This document shows positions 24,838-36,921 of a stretch of DNA of 64,000 bases, one piece after another. Position numbers and translations under genes: made by a program. The DNA is from Bigelowiella natans CCMP2755 (Eukaryota > Protista > Cercozoa). The stretch is taken from positions 1 through 64,000 of the forward strand of contig ADNK01001820.1 in the NCBI GenBank assembly GCA_000320545.1, in the 5' to 3' direction. Below the pieces are notes generated by a model that saw only the letters and a program-made list of their open reading frames with translations, had not been told where the DNA came from and searched no databases. Within the stretch, counting starts at the first letter, position 1; every line of letters starts with the position of its first letter.

Positions 24838-26289
24838 TCACTGATCCATTTCATACAAAGACTTCAACATTAGCTGCATAAACTTGGGAGTTTGCTCCAT
24901 ATCAAAAGACATTTCATCTTGAAATAATTCAGGATACGATTTCCAAGCTCCAACCGGGAAATATTCAACTTTATTTTCTCCAACAACCAAGTCGTAATCA
25001 ATGACTGGAGATAGTGCAATAAGTAAGTAACAAGAAATAAATGAAATAAGGAAATGACATATACATTTATCAGTGTCACGGTTGACTGTCTTGCATGAAT
25101 ACTCCCCGGAACCCTGACTCTGGATTTTGGTCGCTGTTATGACCTTAATTCAAGAATAAGAATAAGCACACAGTTCGCAACAACTAGGCATTGATTTTAT
25201 ACTTGGTATGCATCGATTATGCTTCGGAGACTCTTCTCTCGCTTGAGATATTTCGACCGAGAATCATGAAGAGCACTCTCTAAGTCTTGATGCTTCTGCT
25301 TCATATCGTCAGCTGACACAAATAAATTATGTTATTTGGCGGAATCTGCAAAAATATCATCATTGTACCTCGATTAGCCTGATGTTCGAGTGACTCCTGC
25401 AAACTTTGAATTTTAGCTTCCAACTGGTTGATGTAACTTACAGCTAGTTCCTTGTTCAATTTTTCAGTGAGTTTCTTCGTGAGCTCTTTGTAATCCCTCT
25501 GAAGCTTCTGATGTTGGTCAAAAATTTTATCATATGCGTTTTTTTCGAGCTGGCTAACTGCTGGATCCTCTTCCATTCGTTCCATTTCGCCAGATTTCGA
25601 AGTTGTATCACCATTTTGATGGAGCATCTGATCTGATCCTGATTGCTGTGCCTCCGACGACCTAGGTGCGTCATTCACCCGTTTTGCTTCGGATATATCA
25701 GTTTTTCTTTTTTTTGGTCGTGTGGAAATCTTGGCATCTTTCGAAGTTTTCCTTTTAATCTGACTGTATTGTCCCCCCTTTCCGGACATCATATGCTCTG
25801 AAAGTCCTTTTGATTTTGATTTACCTTTTTTTTTGTTATTCTTGCTCTCTGATTTCTTAGCTGATGAGGGAGGTTGAATGGATCCTAGAAGTGAAGAACC
25901 TGATTTCTTTCCGACATTTGAATTCTTTTGCTTTGAATCATCTTTGCCATTCATTTGTGGCTGTGTTAAAGGGATATTTTCTTTGTTCACAAGTTCGCTC
26001 TGCTTCGTGTTCTTGTTTGCTTTCATCGTAGTTTCCAACTTCAGCTTCTTGGACGTGTTTGGTCTCTGAACAACAAAGCAGAATCTTAGCATTACAATCT
26101 ACAATGCACATAGAAATCTTATTACTTATCCTAATAATCATAAACTTTCTACTAGTGATAGCTCACCTTCTCTTTACTATTCTGACTCCGTTTCTTTTTA
26201 GCCTTTTTCACGTAGTGATACTTCTGAGCATCAGTGATCTTATCACTATAATCAACTTTGGGGAGGTTACGCCTCGGTCGAACTGCCAT
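24838..26289 (-). CDS. Csm1/Pcs1 (monopolin)-like kinetochore protein: disordered N-terminus, coiled coil, C-terminal RWD-like domain
   Basis: ATG at 26289 after an in-frame stop (MAVRPRRNLPKVDY). Coiled coil KLQRDYKEL..., then IIDAYQ|VITATKI..EYSCKTVN..|FIDYDLVV..VEYFP..YPELFQDEMSFDMEQTPKFMQLMLKSL, matching the Csm1 C-terminal pattern from memory. Confidence 0.62.
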
Positions 26290-26553
26290 CTCCTCTCGTT
26301 AGCTGGGCGTGTCAGTGAATTACTTTGTCGACCAAGCAGGAAAGACAGAAGGGATTTGGATGAATTATTTTTGTGTGGATACACAGAGTTTTGACTTTGC
26401 GACATGAAAATAACAAATCTGTGACACAAATTCTCCACAATTCCATCATAAGTCAACATACAATTTTGCTGACCGTTAAGTTAGAAGAATTTGGCTTGTG
26501 GCCGAGAAAGACACTACCATTTGGCTTTCATGTAGATCTACTCGTAGGAAAAA

Positions 26554-27529
26554 ATGAGCGATTTGCATCGCATTTTCCAATTGCGTCAATTTAAGACAAT
26601 GGACCCGTATTCCTTCATGCGACCTCGCAACTTTCTTGTCGGAAGGCATAATTTCTTCCCTGCAGTGATCACGATTACGTGGTGTTTATCGTCTCTGTTT
26701 CTCTGCTGCGTCCTGATATGGACGTTGTCGCAGTAGATATGTGACGCATGATTTACATTACACGTGCTACTGGAGCCGATCATTTACAGCTTGGGCCCCC
26801 TCAAAGCTTTCCTCCTCTGATGGGGGCCTATCTAACTCGATATCGCTATTTAGCTCATCAGGAAAAGATTCGAAAGGTTTGTATTGTCTTGGGGCGCTTG
26901 CATAAAATATAGATGTATCGATGTTGTTGATACTATACCAGTTCTTTACGGACGTAAGATTCAAAACAGCAATGTGTTGAAATTTTTATGAACGAATAAC
27001 ACAAAAAGGCTATCGAGGCGTATAAGAAGAGAAAAACAGAACAAAAGGACTTGTACAGGAAGAATCATGGTTTTAAAAAAAATGCGATAACTCTGTGAGA
27101 ATCGTTGTGTGAAGGTCTAATTTTCTCAATATATATCAATAAATTCTTCAGAACCTTCTCTTACAGCAGATGCAATGCACAGGTAAAGATTTTCCCTTGT
27201 TATAATTTAGAATGTCTCACTCACGTATCTATCATCAGTATCTTCGAATCCGAGGCAGATGTTGAAAATGACGGGTGAGTTTAACGCATCCAAGACCTAT
27301 AGCTGGCACCTTCCTGATTGTATCTATCTGTACAACAATACAATACAGATACTACACACGAGTGGAACGACGAAGGTATGGCTTAGAGTTCGATCTCGAC
27401 TCGAAAACCCCTGCGCTACCTATTCGATGCAGTCGTGGAGATTTGATAGGTGTGGGAGCCTTCGGAAAGGTGCTGCAATACCCAGCTAATATTAATACAC
27501 ACACACACGCACACGCACACGTACACACA

Positions 27530-27582
<53 letters not shown>

Positions 27583-30288
27583 GGGGGTTGGCAGAGAGAA
27601 CATTTATGAGCTACGCTTTCCCAAAGACTCATAACCCAGCATACATTTGCTGCACATCATTATGTTTTTAAGTATTGAAATCCCCCGTAGGTTTTTATGG
27701 GTATGAACTTAGATACAGGGGGTTTAATGGCAGTAAAAGAAATACCGCTTCTCCCCGATAGCAACGAGACTGGCGAGAATGACTCCCTCATTCATGGTTA
27801 AGATAAACCTGTTGCTGCTCTAATTGACACCTCGTTGCATCTTTCCGCATTCATGTTTATCTGTTTTTCGGTTCTTCCAAAAGATGTCGAGCAAGAAGTG
27901 CTGCTTCTTAGACAACTTAAACACCCAAACATCGTTGCGTATCTGGGAACAGGGAGGGCAAAAGACGCACTTTTTGTCTACATGGAGGTAGGTATTGGAT
28001 ATGACGACGATGATGATGTTGATGGTAATAAAGATATTAATAAAATTCAAGCAAGGTAATTTTGTTGCTCATCGAAAGAATCTCTCTAGCCTACGCTATT
28101 TCCTCATCGTATTGCAATGAATAATTTAGTATGTTCCTGGAGGTAGTATATCGAAACTCTTGAAGCGATTTGGGCGCTTCAACGAGCACCTAGTGAGGGT
28201 GTACACTCGACAGATACTTGAAGGGGTGACTTAAACACTACGAATTTAGTCATTAGTATCATATTTCCTTGTTCTTCAGTGCTACTTGCACATATTTTGT
28301 ATAATCGCCATACTCACCACTCTGCGTCTTCTTTCTCTTCTTCCTGCTTTATTAGGTGGAGTGCTTACATCGGTACGGTATAATGCACAGGGACATTAAG
28401 GGGGCCAATATTCTCGTAGACAAGAACGGAACATGCAAAGTTTCCGACTTTGGTGCCGCGAGGTCGCTGAGGCAGATCCGATTTAGTGAAGGCCCGCCGT
28501 CGCTCAAAGGAACGCCATACTGGATGGCACCTGAGGTGATCAGACAGACAGGCCACGGACGACAGGCTGATATCTGGAGCATTGGATGTACAGTAATTGA
28601 GATGCTCACTGGCAGACCACCCTGGAATAAGTTCAAGGAGATTACCGCCGCTCTATACCACATAGCTCACACCGATGAGATGCCAGATATGCCTTCCTAT
28701 GCGTCAGCGGCGGCTTCTACGTTAATTCATGCATGTTTGCAAAGAGAGCCCCGCAGTCGACCCAATGCCACGCACCTCCTTAACCATTTCGAATTTGTTG
28801 CTACCCCTCCTCCTCAGAGCAGCAAATCGAATTCACCGAAGACGTCTGCTGCTGTGCCGATACCTAACAACCATAACGATAATAATAATAAAAACGGTGC
28901 CCACGTAGTACCGCTAGCAGCAGGTGGTCGCTCTTCCGGAATATCATCTCCTTCGCCTAAAAACCACTCCACCTCTCTGCACCTTCTGAACCTCCGGCAA
29001 CACCACCAGGAAACCCGGGTTATTACGCCCTCTGGGGCGGCACGAAAGCAGCTTCCGTTGGCAGAGCGCCGTGGATTTCCAAAGCCACGATCGCTGAAAC
29101 GTCCATCACCGCCCTCCGCTCCGTCTTCAATTATTCGTGCTCCTGCTGATAGTGGAGAAAGGGGAGTGCTTTACCCTACAAGTGCAAGCGGGGATAGCGC
29201 GAGCAGCCAGGGCGGGATGGTACTGAGAGCATTCCATCCTTCCTCTTCAACATATCAACAAAGGCAGCAGATGCTACAGCTGCACAAACAGCATTTATCT
29301 CCAGAATCTAGGGAGCAACAAGAATTAGACGTCTATCACGTGGACTACTCCCCTCAAATTGAAGACACCCCTGTTGTGCCTTGGGGTGACCCTCTTCCTT
29401 CAACAGGCCCGAAAAGTAATACAGGTTGTGATAGTAGTCATCATGATGGCTTAAACACTAAAAATGAGAGAAAACAGCGACAGATAGTGGGAGGTGATAT
29501 GGAAGTCGACAATGTTCACGGATTTTCATCTGGCACGGACAGAGGTTCTTTGTCATCCAGCACGATGTCTATGGTGACGACAAAGAACAATGACAGCATT
29601 GAAGACGAGTCTATCATAGGGGACATAGGAAAGGAGGCGCATAAAATAATGATTGCCAATGTTCCAAAGATAGATAGAGAGATCATGCCTAGAAGAACTG
29701 ATAATCATAATGTCAATGATACTCTCCACGAGCTCAAAGAGAGAAAGGGAAAGAAAGGGGGGACTTTGTGTAGCGGTTCTGTCGGCAGCGAGTTCCCACT
29801 TGGTTCTCCAGATTCATACTCCCATTGCGGAAGGCAGGAGTCACCTCTGCACTGCACTCCAATAACAACGTCAATGAATGAAACGGCAAGGAAAACGACA
29901 AGGAGTGAAATGGCCAAAAAGACCAGTAACAGTCAACATACCGCAGCGGCCAGAGGAATGGTGAATACGAAAGAAATAACTATTCTTCCAGGTAGTCCCA
30001 TAACGTCCAGGCTAGATACCAAGGTAAACAAATCTAAGGATCCGGCGACAGGAGCAATGATAAAGGTAGTGGCCCAAAATCATAACAACGTATCCTTTCA
30101 CTCAAGTTTTTGTATTTAATTAAAGCAACATTTTACTAAATATCTCGTTAGGACTACCTTGTGAGGCATGCAAAGTTATCGTTTCCCTTGGACCGAAATG
30201 TCTCAACCAATGAATCTGCGGTCTTTCCGTCGATAGAGAATGACCCGAAGAGCATTGCGGTTGCAAGGCAAAATTCATTAACTCGTTG
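26554..30288 (+). CDS. STE11/MEKK-type MAP kinase kinase kinase (NPK1/ANP-like) with long disordered C-terminus
   Basis: RGDLIGVGAFGK|VFMGMN, LMAVKE, EQEVLLLRQLKHPNIVAYLG, ME|YVPGGSI, VYTRQILEG, HRDIKGANILV, DFG, LKGTPYWMAPEVIRQTGHGRQADIWSIGCTVIEMLTGRPPW. Phase-consistent upstream exons reach ATG 26554 or 26599. Probable last exon 30151-30288; the unspliced stop is at 30119. Confidence 0.92.
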
Positions 30289-30817
30289 ACGACCACTGAG
30301 AATATGCTCTCAGTGCAGTTCGACGTTGTGTGTATGGGAATGATGTGATGAATATTTAAATTTTATCGATTGCCACGTTGTCGTATGTATGCGAAAGTGC
30401 TTTATATTCTGAAACCCGCGATGCTACTGCTAGTTTCAAGTGTGTGCACATTCTGCCGCTTGGTCATCGTATCTGAATGAATGATTGAATGAAATGTCTT
30501 CAAGCTATGATCAAACGTTGTCCGGAACAACTAGACGAAAGCTGTGAGCATAATTTTATTTACCGCCCAGCCCGCGTATGTATACTGCAGGGTGCAGCGC
30601 TTGTTCCTACTATCTGCTATGCGCAAACATGGGAGGCGCAAGAGCCTCCTGATATGCGCACGTTGTACAACAGTGGATGTGCAGCTGCTTTTTGCAGTCG
30701 TAATACGCATGCACATCTAGACATGCAAAAATAAAAATCGGTCCGATGAGCGTTAGCTAATATGTCATTTGCGGTCAGATTCCTTTCTTATACATTGCAA
30801 TCATATCATAGCTGATT

Positions 30818-32493
30818 TCAACTATTACATGCAAACGATGCCTGCAGTATCTGCACTAAGTGATCGAAGTTGGCGCACTTCACTTTCCTCCCAGCCTCCA
30901 AAGGACAAAATGGCCCTCCTGAGCTCCAGATTGGGCGTCTTTGATGGATACCCTCTCTAAAAGTTGCTTCATTAGATTCTTTACAACCATTTGCTACGAC
31001 CTCTGTGGACTGCTTATGTTCCTGTTGCTGTTGGCTAATTCCATACTGCTTCCGAAATTTAGAGGTGTCTATACCACCCTTGCCAATTATCTCAATGCTA
31101 GAACCTCGAATGGTGATTTGTATACATGAGGTATGAACTCCTGCGCCCCCTTCTGCGACAATAGCTGTGGTGGTGCCTGCTACAGTATCTCCAGCTTCGT
31201 CAAGGCCTCTTTCGTTGCTGCTGCTGCTGATGCTGCTGCGACCCAAATGCTGTACTTCCTCCAGCGTAATGGAGGTGCACTTTGGCGAGCCCACCCTCGA
31301 GACTCTTACTCGTAGTCGCTGCTTCATTTGCCTCGAAGATGATGAAGAGGACGGGGGGGAATCACCATTGCTGCTACTGCTTATGCTGCTGTTCCTATTG
31401 CATGTTGCTTGGTCATCAGACAGCAGCAGCTTTGTAATAATCTCTCTTATTTGCTGCACGTTCCTGTGGTGCGTAACCACATCTATTATCTCCTGGAAAA
31501 TATCCGAGACTGCCTGAGTTTTACGGATGATGCCCCAAGCAATCTCGCCACCGACCCCGTTGATCGGAGAAATTCCAGTGCTGCTGCTGTCATTATCACC
31601 ACTTCTAGAGCTCTTGTTGTAACTTGGCCTCTGCTTAGATGGTGATGATGAGATCATCTGCGACGCCGATGGCATCGCATACAACTCGCAGACAAACCTG
31701 ATAGTTGTTTGCAACAAGAACAGCTTACCCGGTGCAAACGCTACCATTCACTCAATGATTACGATGCCACCCTTAAGAACGCACTCAAAGCAGGGAAACA
31801 GGGTTGCCATTGGTTTGTGGTGGTACGCTATTTATATAGGAGTGGTATTATTACCTTGTGGCCAGAAGGGAAAGCCCCTTGGACAACGCTTCAGGGATGC
31901 CTTCAATCATGAACGGTCGTGACGGTCCCTCTGGCCATTTGATTCGAATGCACGGTTGGGCGGGCAACTCGATCATAATCTCGTCTGGCGCAGTGGTCGC
32001 GAGGAAGTTGAAGCTGTCCACCCTTGATTGCAGCAGCGAAAGTAGAGCAAGAATGGGGCGGGTGGTTATAACAGTATAAACAATACAAAAACACGCGCAT
32101 ACACGCATACACAAGAACCTACTTACCGTGCCGCGGCATCGATCAGGACTCCATAAACAATTTCCTGAATGATTTCTCTTTGCGCGTTGAGTAAGCGTGG
32201 CATTGCATCGAGGTCTTCACCCTTCCGAAGTCGCAACCCGCTCAGATTTAGATGAATAGGAGGCTGCATTGTGTTACCAGAAGGCGAGGTGGGAGTGTTT
32301 GGTGTGGTTGGTGTTGTTGGAGTAGTTTTGACGCCTTTTCGTTTCCCATCAAGGCTGCTGCTGCTGCTGCTCATTTCGACTTCGTTCTCCTTCTCCCCGT
32401 CCTTTTTATTCTTCTCCAAGGTCACCTGGCACCGCTGATACGTATTGTAACCGTATGGAACCCAAAGGTCATAACCTGAAGAGAGAAGGGAGA

Positions 32494-32543
<50 letters not shown>

Positions 32544-33606
32544 GGAGAGTTACAACCTAAACCTCATAATAGGCGCTCTCTAAGGTTTTTGCTCTACCAT
32601 ATTTAGAGCCCCCCGTATTCTGCAGTTGCAGACTCCAAAACTGGGAGAGGTCATACAGCTTCCTCGCGAATGCATTGCCTCGCTGAACGATGTTCTTAAG
32701 CCGTGTCGCGTGGGCGGCCAATGTTGCACCGACATTCTCCAGATGTCGCCGCTTGCCGATAACCATTGCACGTGTTTTAAGAAGATGTTGCTTTGGATCC
32801 TTAATTAAAGTAGTTGCGGCCTGAGATCCCCATGTCTTTGATTTGGAAGGAGCTACAGGCTCCAGGATAGGAGGAGCCGCGGGCCGCAATGTTAGCTGCC
32901 GATTCATGGTGAACGAAATGAGCTGCTTGATATTTTCCACCTGAGAAGTAAACGGGGGGTTGAGGAATACTCCAAGAAAGACAGGCAGCTTTTTGGGAAT
33001 AATTGGAGAATAGAACAATAGAGCATTAACGTTAGATCTTCACCTGAATTCGTGAACGTTCGAGATATTCGTTCATTCTCTGCAAAAAATGGACCCGCTG
33101 TTTTTTATCCTCGCCACCTGCTGTTGTTCCCGTCTTTGCGTCAACATCCTCGTCGTCGTCCTCTTTGTTTGCGTATACGTTGTCAACATCGATGTAGAAT
33201 TGCTCCAGCTTCGTGTACTCCCTGCAGATAAACTAATTTTAGAGAAGCTATGCAAGAAGGGCATGGAGATCAATGATCAATCACCTGCTCTTAAATGCTT
33301 GCATTTGCCCTATACTTTCCACATTGTTCTCTTCCTGGTGGTCGAAGGTGAGTGTGGGGGTTTCTCCTTTCGCTAAGGTATGTGATGAAGCAGTTCCATC
33401 TCCAGGTGCGTTCTGACCACCCTGTAAGAACATTGAAGTACGTGAAATCATGAAAACAGGCCGGTGATATTCAGCCGAAGGGTCAAATCGAAGGGCTTTA
33501 GCCACGCACCGCACCAAAAAAAGGATTGAAAATCTGCGCTCTGCATGTCGCCATCGCATTATCTGACCTGTTGCTCCCCCACCTTTTCCACGACCATTGC
33601 TTCCAT
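30818..33606 (-). CDS. Mediator subunit MED17-like protein
   Basis: Spliced model with YLERSRIQ|VENIKQLISF, KRRHLENVGATLAAHATRLKNIVQRGNAFARKLYDLSQFWSL and LLNAQREIIQEIVYGVLIDAA. These resemble the MED17/Srb4 patterns K..L..AA..L..AA.RL...F...L.L...W.L and L..AQ.....E.F..L..EA. The gene is real; the identity is moderate. Confidence 0.55.
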
Positions 33607-33899
33607 TGTATCTCCCAGTTGCGGTGCAGAGAGCTGATTTGTTGGATGGAGCCTAGACTCTAAGGAAGCGCAAGATGGTAAGCCGCTTATCTTTGATAAC
33701 ACAGATCTTATTATTATTAATATGATCTGGCAATATCATACACCAAAAACATCTAAAATATGAGATGGTGCGAAGCTGCAATGTCAGTACATGTAGATCT
33801 GAGAACAACCTACATGTATCGTTGTTTAAGTATCGATGTTACCGGCCGACAAATAGTGATTATTATGTCTAGTCGAGACACACTGGGAAACTACTAGTT

Positions 33900-35150
33900 A
33901 GTACTGAGCCGAAAAGTGGCAACAACATCTCGTTGCACTGCATGCCCGAAAAACATTTTTGCGACAAGGCCTGTTGTTGCAATGGCCGAAAACAATTCTC
34001 CGAATTGCCAACAACGGTTTTTTTGGGTTCCCATTTTCGAAATATTTTTACCGGCAACACATCCCACTTGTTCTCTTATGTTTTTTTCCTTCCTTTCCAA
34101 ATTTTCATTTTCTCATTGTCGCACTTGAGAAAATTGTGGGTAAAACTTTTGCTCAATGTTTTTTGCTTGAAACGTTGACCAAATTCCAACAAAGACCAAC
34201 GGTCAATTGTGCTCACATCGACCACCATTGCATTGGCACGTGCTCATTCCAGACACCCACACAAACACGCTCGTGATGCCCTTGCAAGCAACCCCAGGCA
34301 CCTCATGTCATCGACGAGTCACCTGGTCATCGTCCTTCCCCACACTTGGTGGTCAAACAGATGGTCGATCCCAAAGCAGCAGCATGCACAAATTGCAAGA
34401 AGTGCGTGTTCCCTTCTGTGCGTGCATCATCGAACATCTTTTGGTTGCCACAGGTCATGGAAATGTGCAAGAATGTTTTCGACATGAGGGAAGCCACCGA
34501 TGGAGACACGTCGAATGCAATTGCCATTGGAATTCTTGCGCTTGTTGAGGTGTGTTTCCTTGTGCACTGCAGACGTGAAGGAGGAGGAGCCTGAAGTTGT
34601 GTTGTGAAGAAGGATTTCAGTGGATTGAGAGTGCTAGAGTGGAGGCACGAAATCTCTCTCCTCTGCAACAACAGTGAAGCTGCACAGTGACACCTCCTTC
34701 CTTCAGGCACTCACAGGTGCTTGCTTCCGTTGCGCGACTGGCACGCCATCGAAAGAACACACATCAGCATCTCCACCAGACTGGCAGAGATCACAGACAA
34801 ACAATTGAAATCTGCTGTGAAACGAATTCGGAGGCACAAAAGCTGGTGAGATGATTTCATCCTTGTTTTCATTCCGCCTTCTCATCTTTCCTCTCACGTT
34901 TTTGCAGCATTTTGCCGATGAAAGTGCACAAAGTCATCCAACCAAGCAAAGCAACTGTTTGCAACATTTCACTTTCAAGAGGTGTCTTCTCATCTTGGAA
35001 TCATCGGATGTCAGGTTGTGATGAAGAAAGCAAACAAGCTCGGATTGGAACACAGTGTAGGTCAGGAGGCGGTGAAAATTGCTGTAACGGTAGCAACCAT
35101 CAGCATTTCCATGCATCCACAAACTTCATTCTGATGAAAATGTGTAGGTG
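33900..35150. mobile_element. Degenerate repeat/transposon relic, almost TpA-free; right boundary undefined
   Basis: Left end has reiterated CCGAAAA/CCGAA units (33909, 33946, 33986, 34000) like subterminal repeats. No spliceable gene found. A Cys-rich PHD-like remnant lies on the minus strand (LFVCDLCQSGGD...CECLK). No matching terminal repeat or transposase motif seen. Confidence 0.4.
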
Positions 35151-36175
35151 ATGCTGACCGGCTGCCTGGAAGGCAATGAACGTCGAGGCGCTATGGCTGA
35201 TTGAAATTCCCCTCAGAATGGGACTAATGTGCTACACCAAACAGAATGTACGTGAGGTTGGTGTGAATCTCAGGTGCTTGCTCATTGGTTGCTCTAGAAG
35301 GGGCGGGTAAAGGCGTGAAATTCGCTATTGAAGATGCATTTGACGTGAAAAGGGAGAAGCTCGAGGGAAGAGCTCGTGATATTTAAACATCAGGTTTAAA
35401 TGAATTTGATGACTGGTACTACCATCACTGACAGGGTTTTTAAAAGGAATTTCAAATTGCGCAGCAGCATTGAAGATGTTGGAATCCAAATAGACCGAAG
35501 AAAAAGTGATGGTGATATTTTCTTCAATTTACGCAACAACGTTGGTCACATTTTTGACGTAGCAAACAGTCATCTCATGACGGAATCTATTCTATTGGAT
35601 GTGAATGGTGGTAGAATGTCCACAAGATGCAAAATCACCATGCACATGGAAGGACGGTTGTCTCCTTGAACCTTCAAAAACCTTAACAATAAATGCAGAC
35701 TATAACTATCAACAAGGCATCGTGAATTATTGTCATTACATAGCTTGCCACCGCTATCGCTTTCGTGGCACATAAGCACAAGGTGGGGCGAACACAGCTA
35801 CTCAGATGAGAGCCAACCCTTCAATCATATAGCGTGTGTCACGTACATTGGCATGGGAATACATGCGCATCTTCATCACTTAATTGCTGAAGCTTGCGGC
35901 ATGCTACTGTCCCATCTACTCCATTCAATTAGTTTTTGCCTCGATTTATCCACCACCTTTATTTTGCTGAAACATTGCATTAGCTTATAAGCTTCAAGCA
36001 AACCCTTCATCACCTTACGTATACGCTTTCATAAGTCTACAGTAGCGCAATTGTGATCCAAGCGTTGCTTCAGTTTCACATGATCATGCACAGTGTTTGC
36101 CAGCACAACATATGTCATGCAGATCTTATTAATTTGTACGTCATGGAAGTAATGCATAGGCTTATGGGATGTATG

Positions 36176-36833
36176 CTATCCAGTAGTAGCTTCATGAATG
36201 TATTCATCCAGTGCCTCGGAGAATATGCTACTCGGGCGCAACTTGTCGTCCTTTATTGGGATGGTGGAGTCATCAGGACGATATTGGTTCGCTGGTACTG
36301 TCGTTCGTCCACTAGCAGCCACGCTTGGATGAGCAACAATGAGGGCGTGCTGACCAACGCGTGGATCTAGCTCTCGTTTTTCTAAAATTCCATCGGAGGT
36401 CGCCATCGTATTATCTCCCTCAATGGTGGGTACTGACGCTTGTGCAACCTCTGACTTGAACTCGGAGGAAGAAGATGTATGCGGTGGCGCTGCAGAAATA
36501 ATCCCACGAAGGATGAGGTTCTTCATTTTTTGCTTCACCTTCATCACTTGTTGCTCCATTTCTTTGCAGGATTTCTGTGCTTCCAAAACCTCTCTACTCT
36601 TGCCCTTGAGCATTGTCTCGAGATCTTTTCTCTCATTTTCCCAAGCGAGGGACTCAGTCTCCTTTAGTTCCTCTAAAATCCGTTTCTGTTCCTCACATCT
36701 TTTTTCAGCAGCTCTTTGAGCTTGCTCGAGGGCACCCTCATACTCCTTCCTCAGCCGTTTCATTTCCCCTTCGACAGCATCACCCAACTGCTTCATCCTG
36801 TGCCTGTGACGAGAGAAAGAGAAAGGGAAGAGG

Positions 36834-36883
<50 letters not shown>

Positions 36884-36886
36884 AAG

Positions 36887-36921
<35 letters not shown>

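Noticed and set aside
26767-26964. Minus-strand ORF as an upstream exon of the Csm1-like gene
   Set aside because: The plus strand here splices in phase into the MAPKKK, and the Csm1-like ATG at 26289 has an in-frame stop just upstream.
33869-35151. Dense overlapping ORFs on both strands suggesting a compact viral or overlapping gene cassette
   Set aside because: Loss of TpA removes TAA/TAG stops in all six frames, inflating ORF length; no coherent protein. The same applies at 40433-40938.
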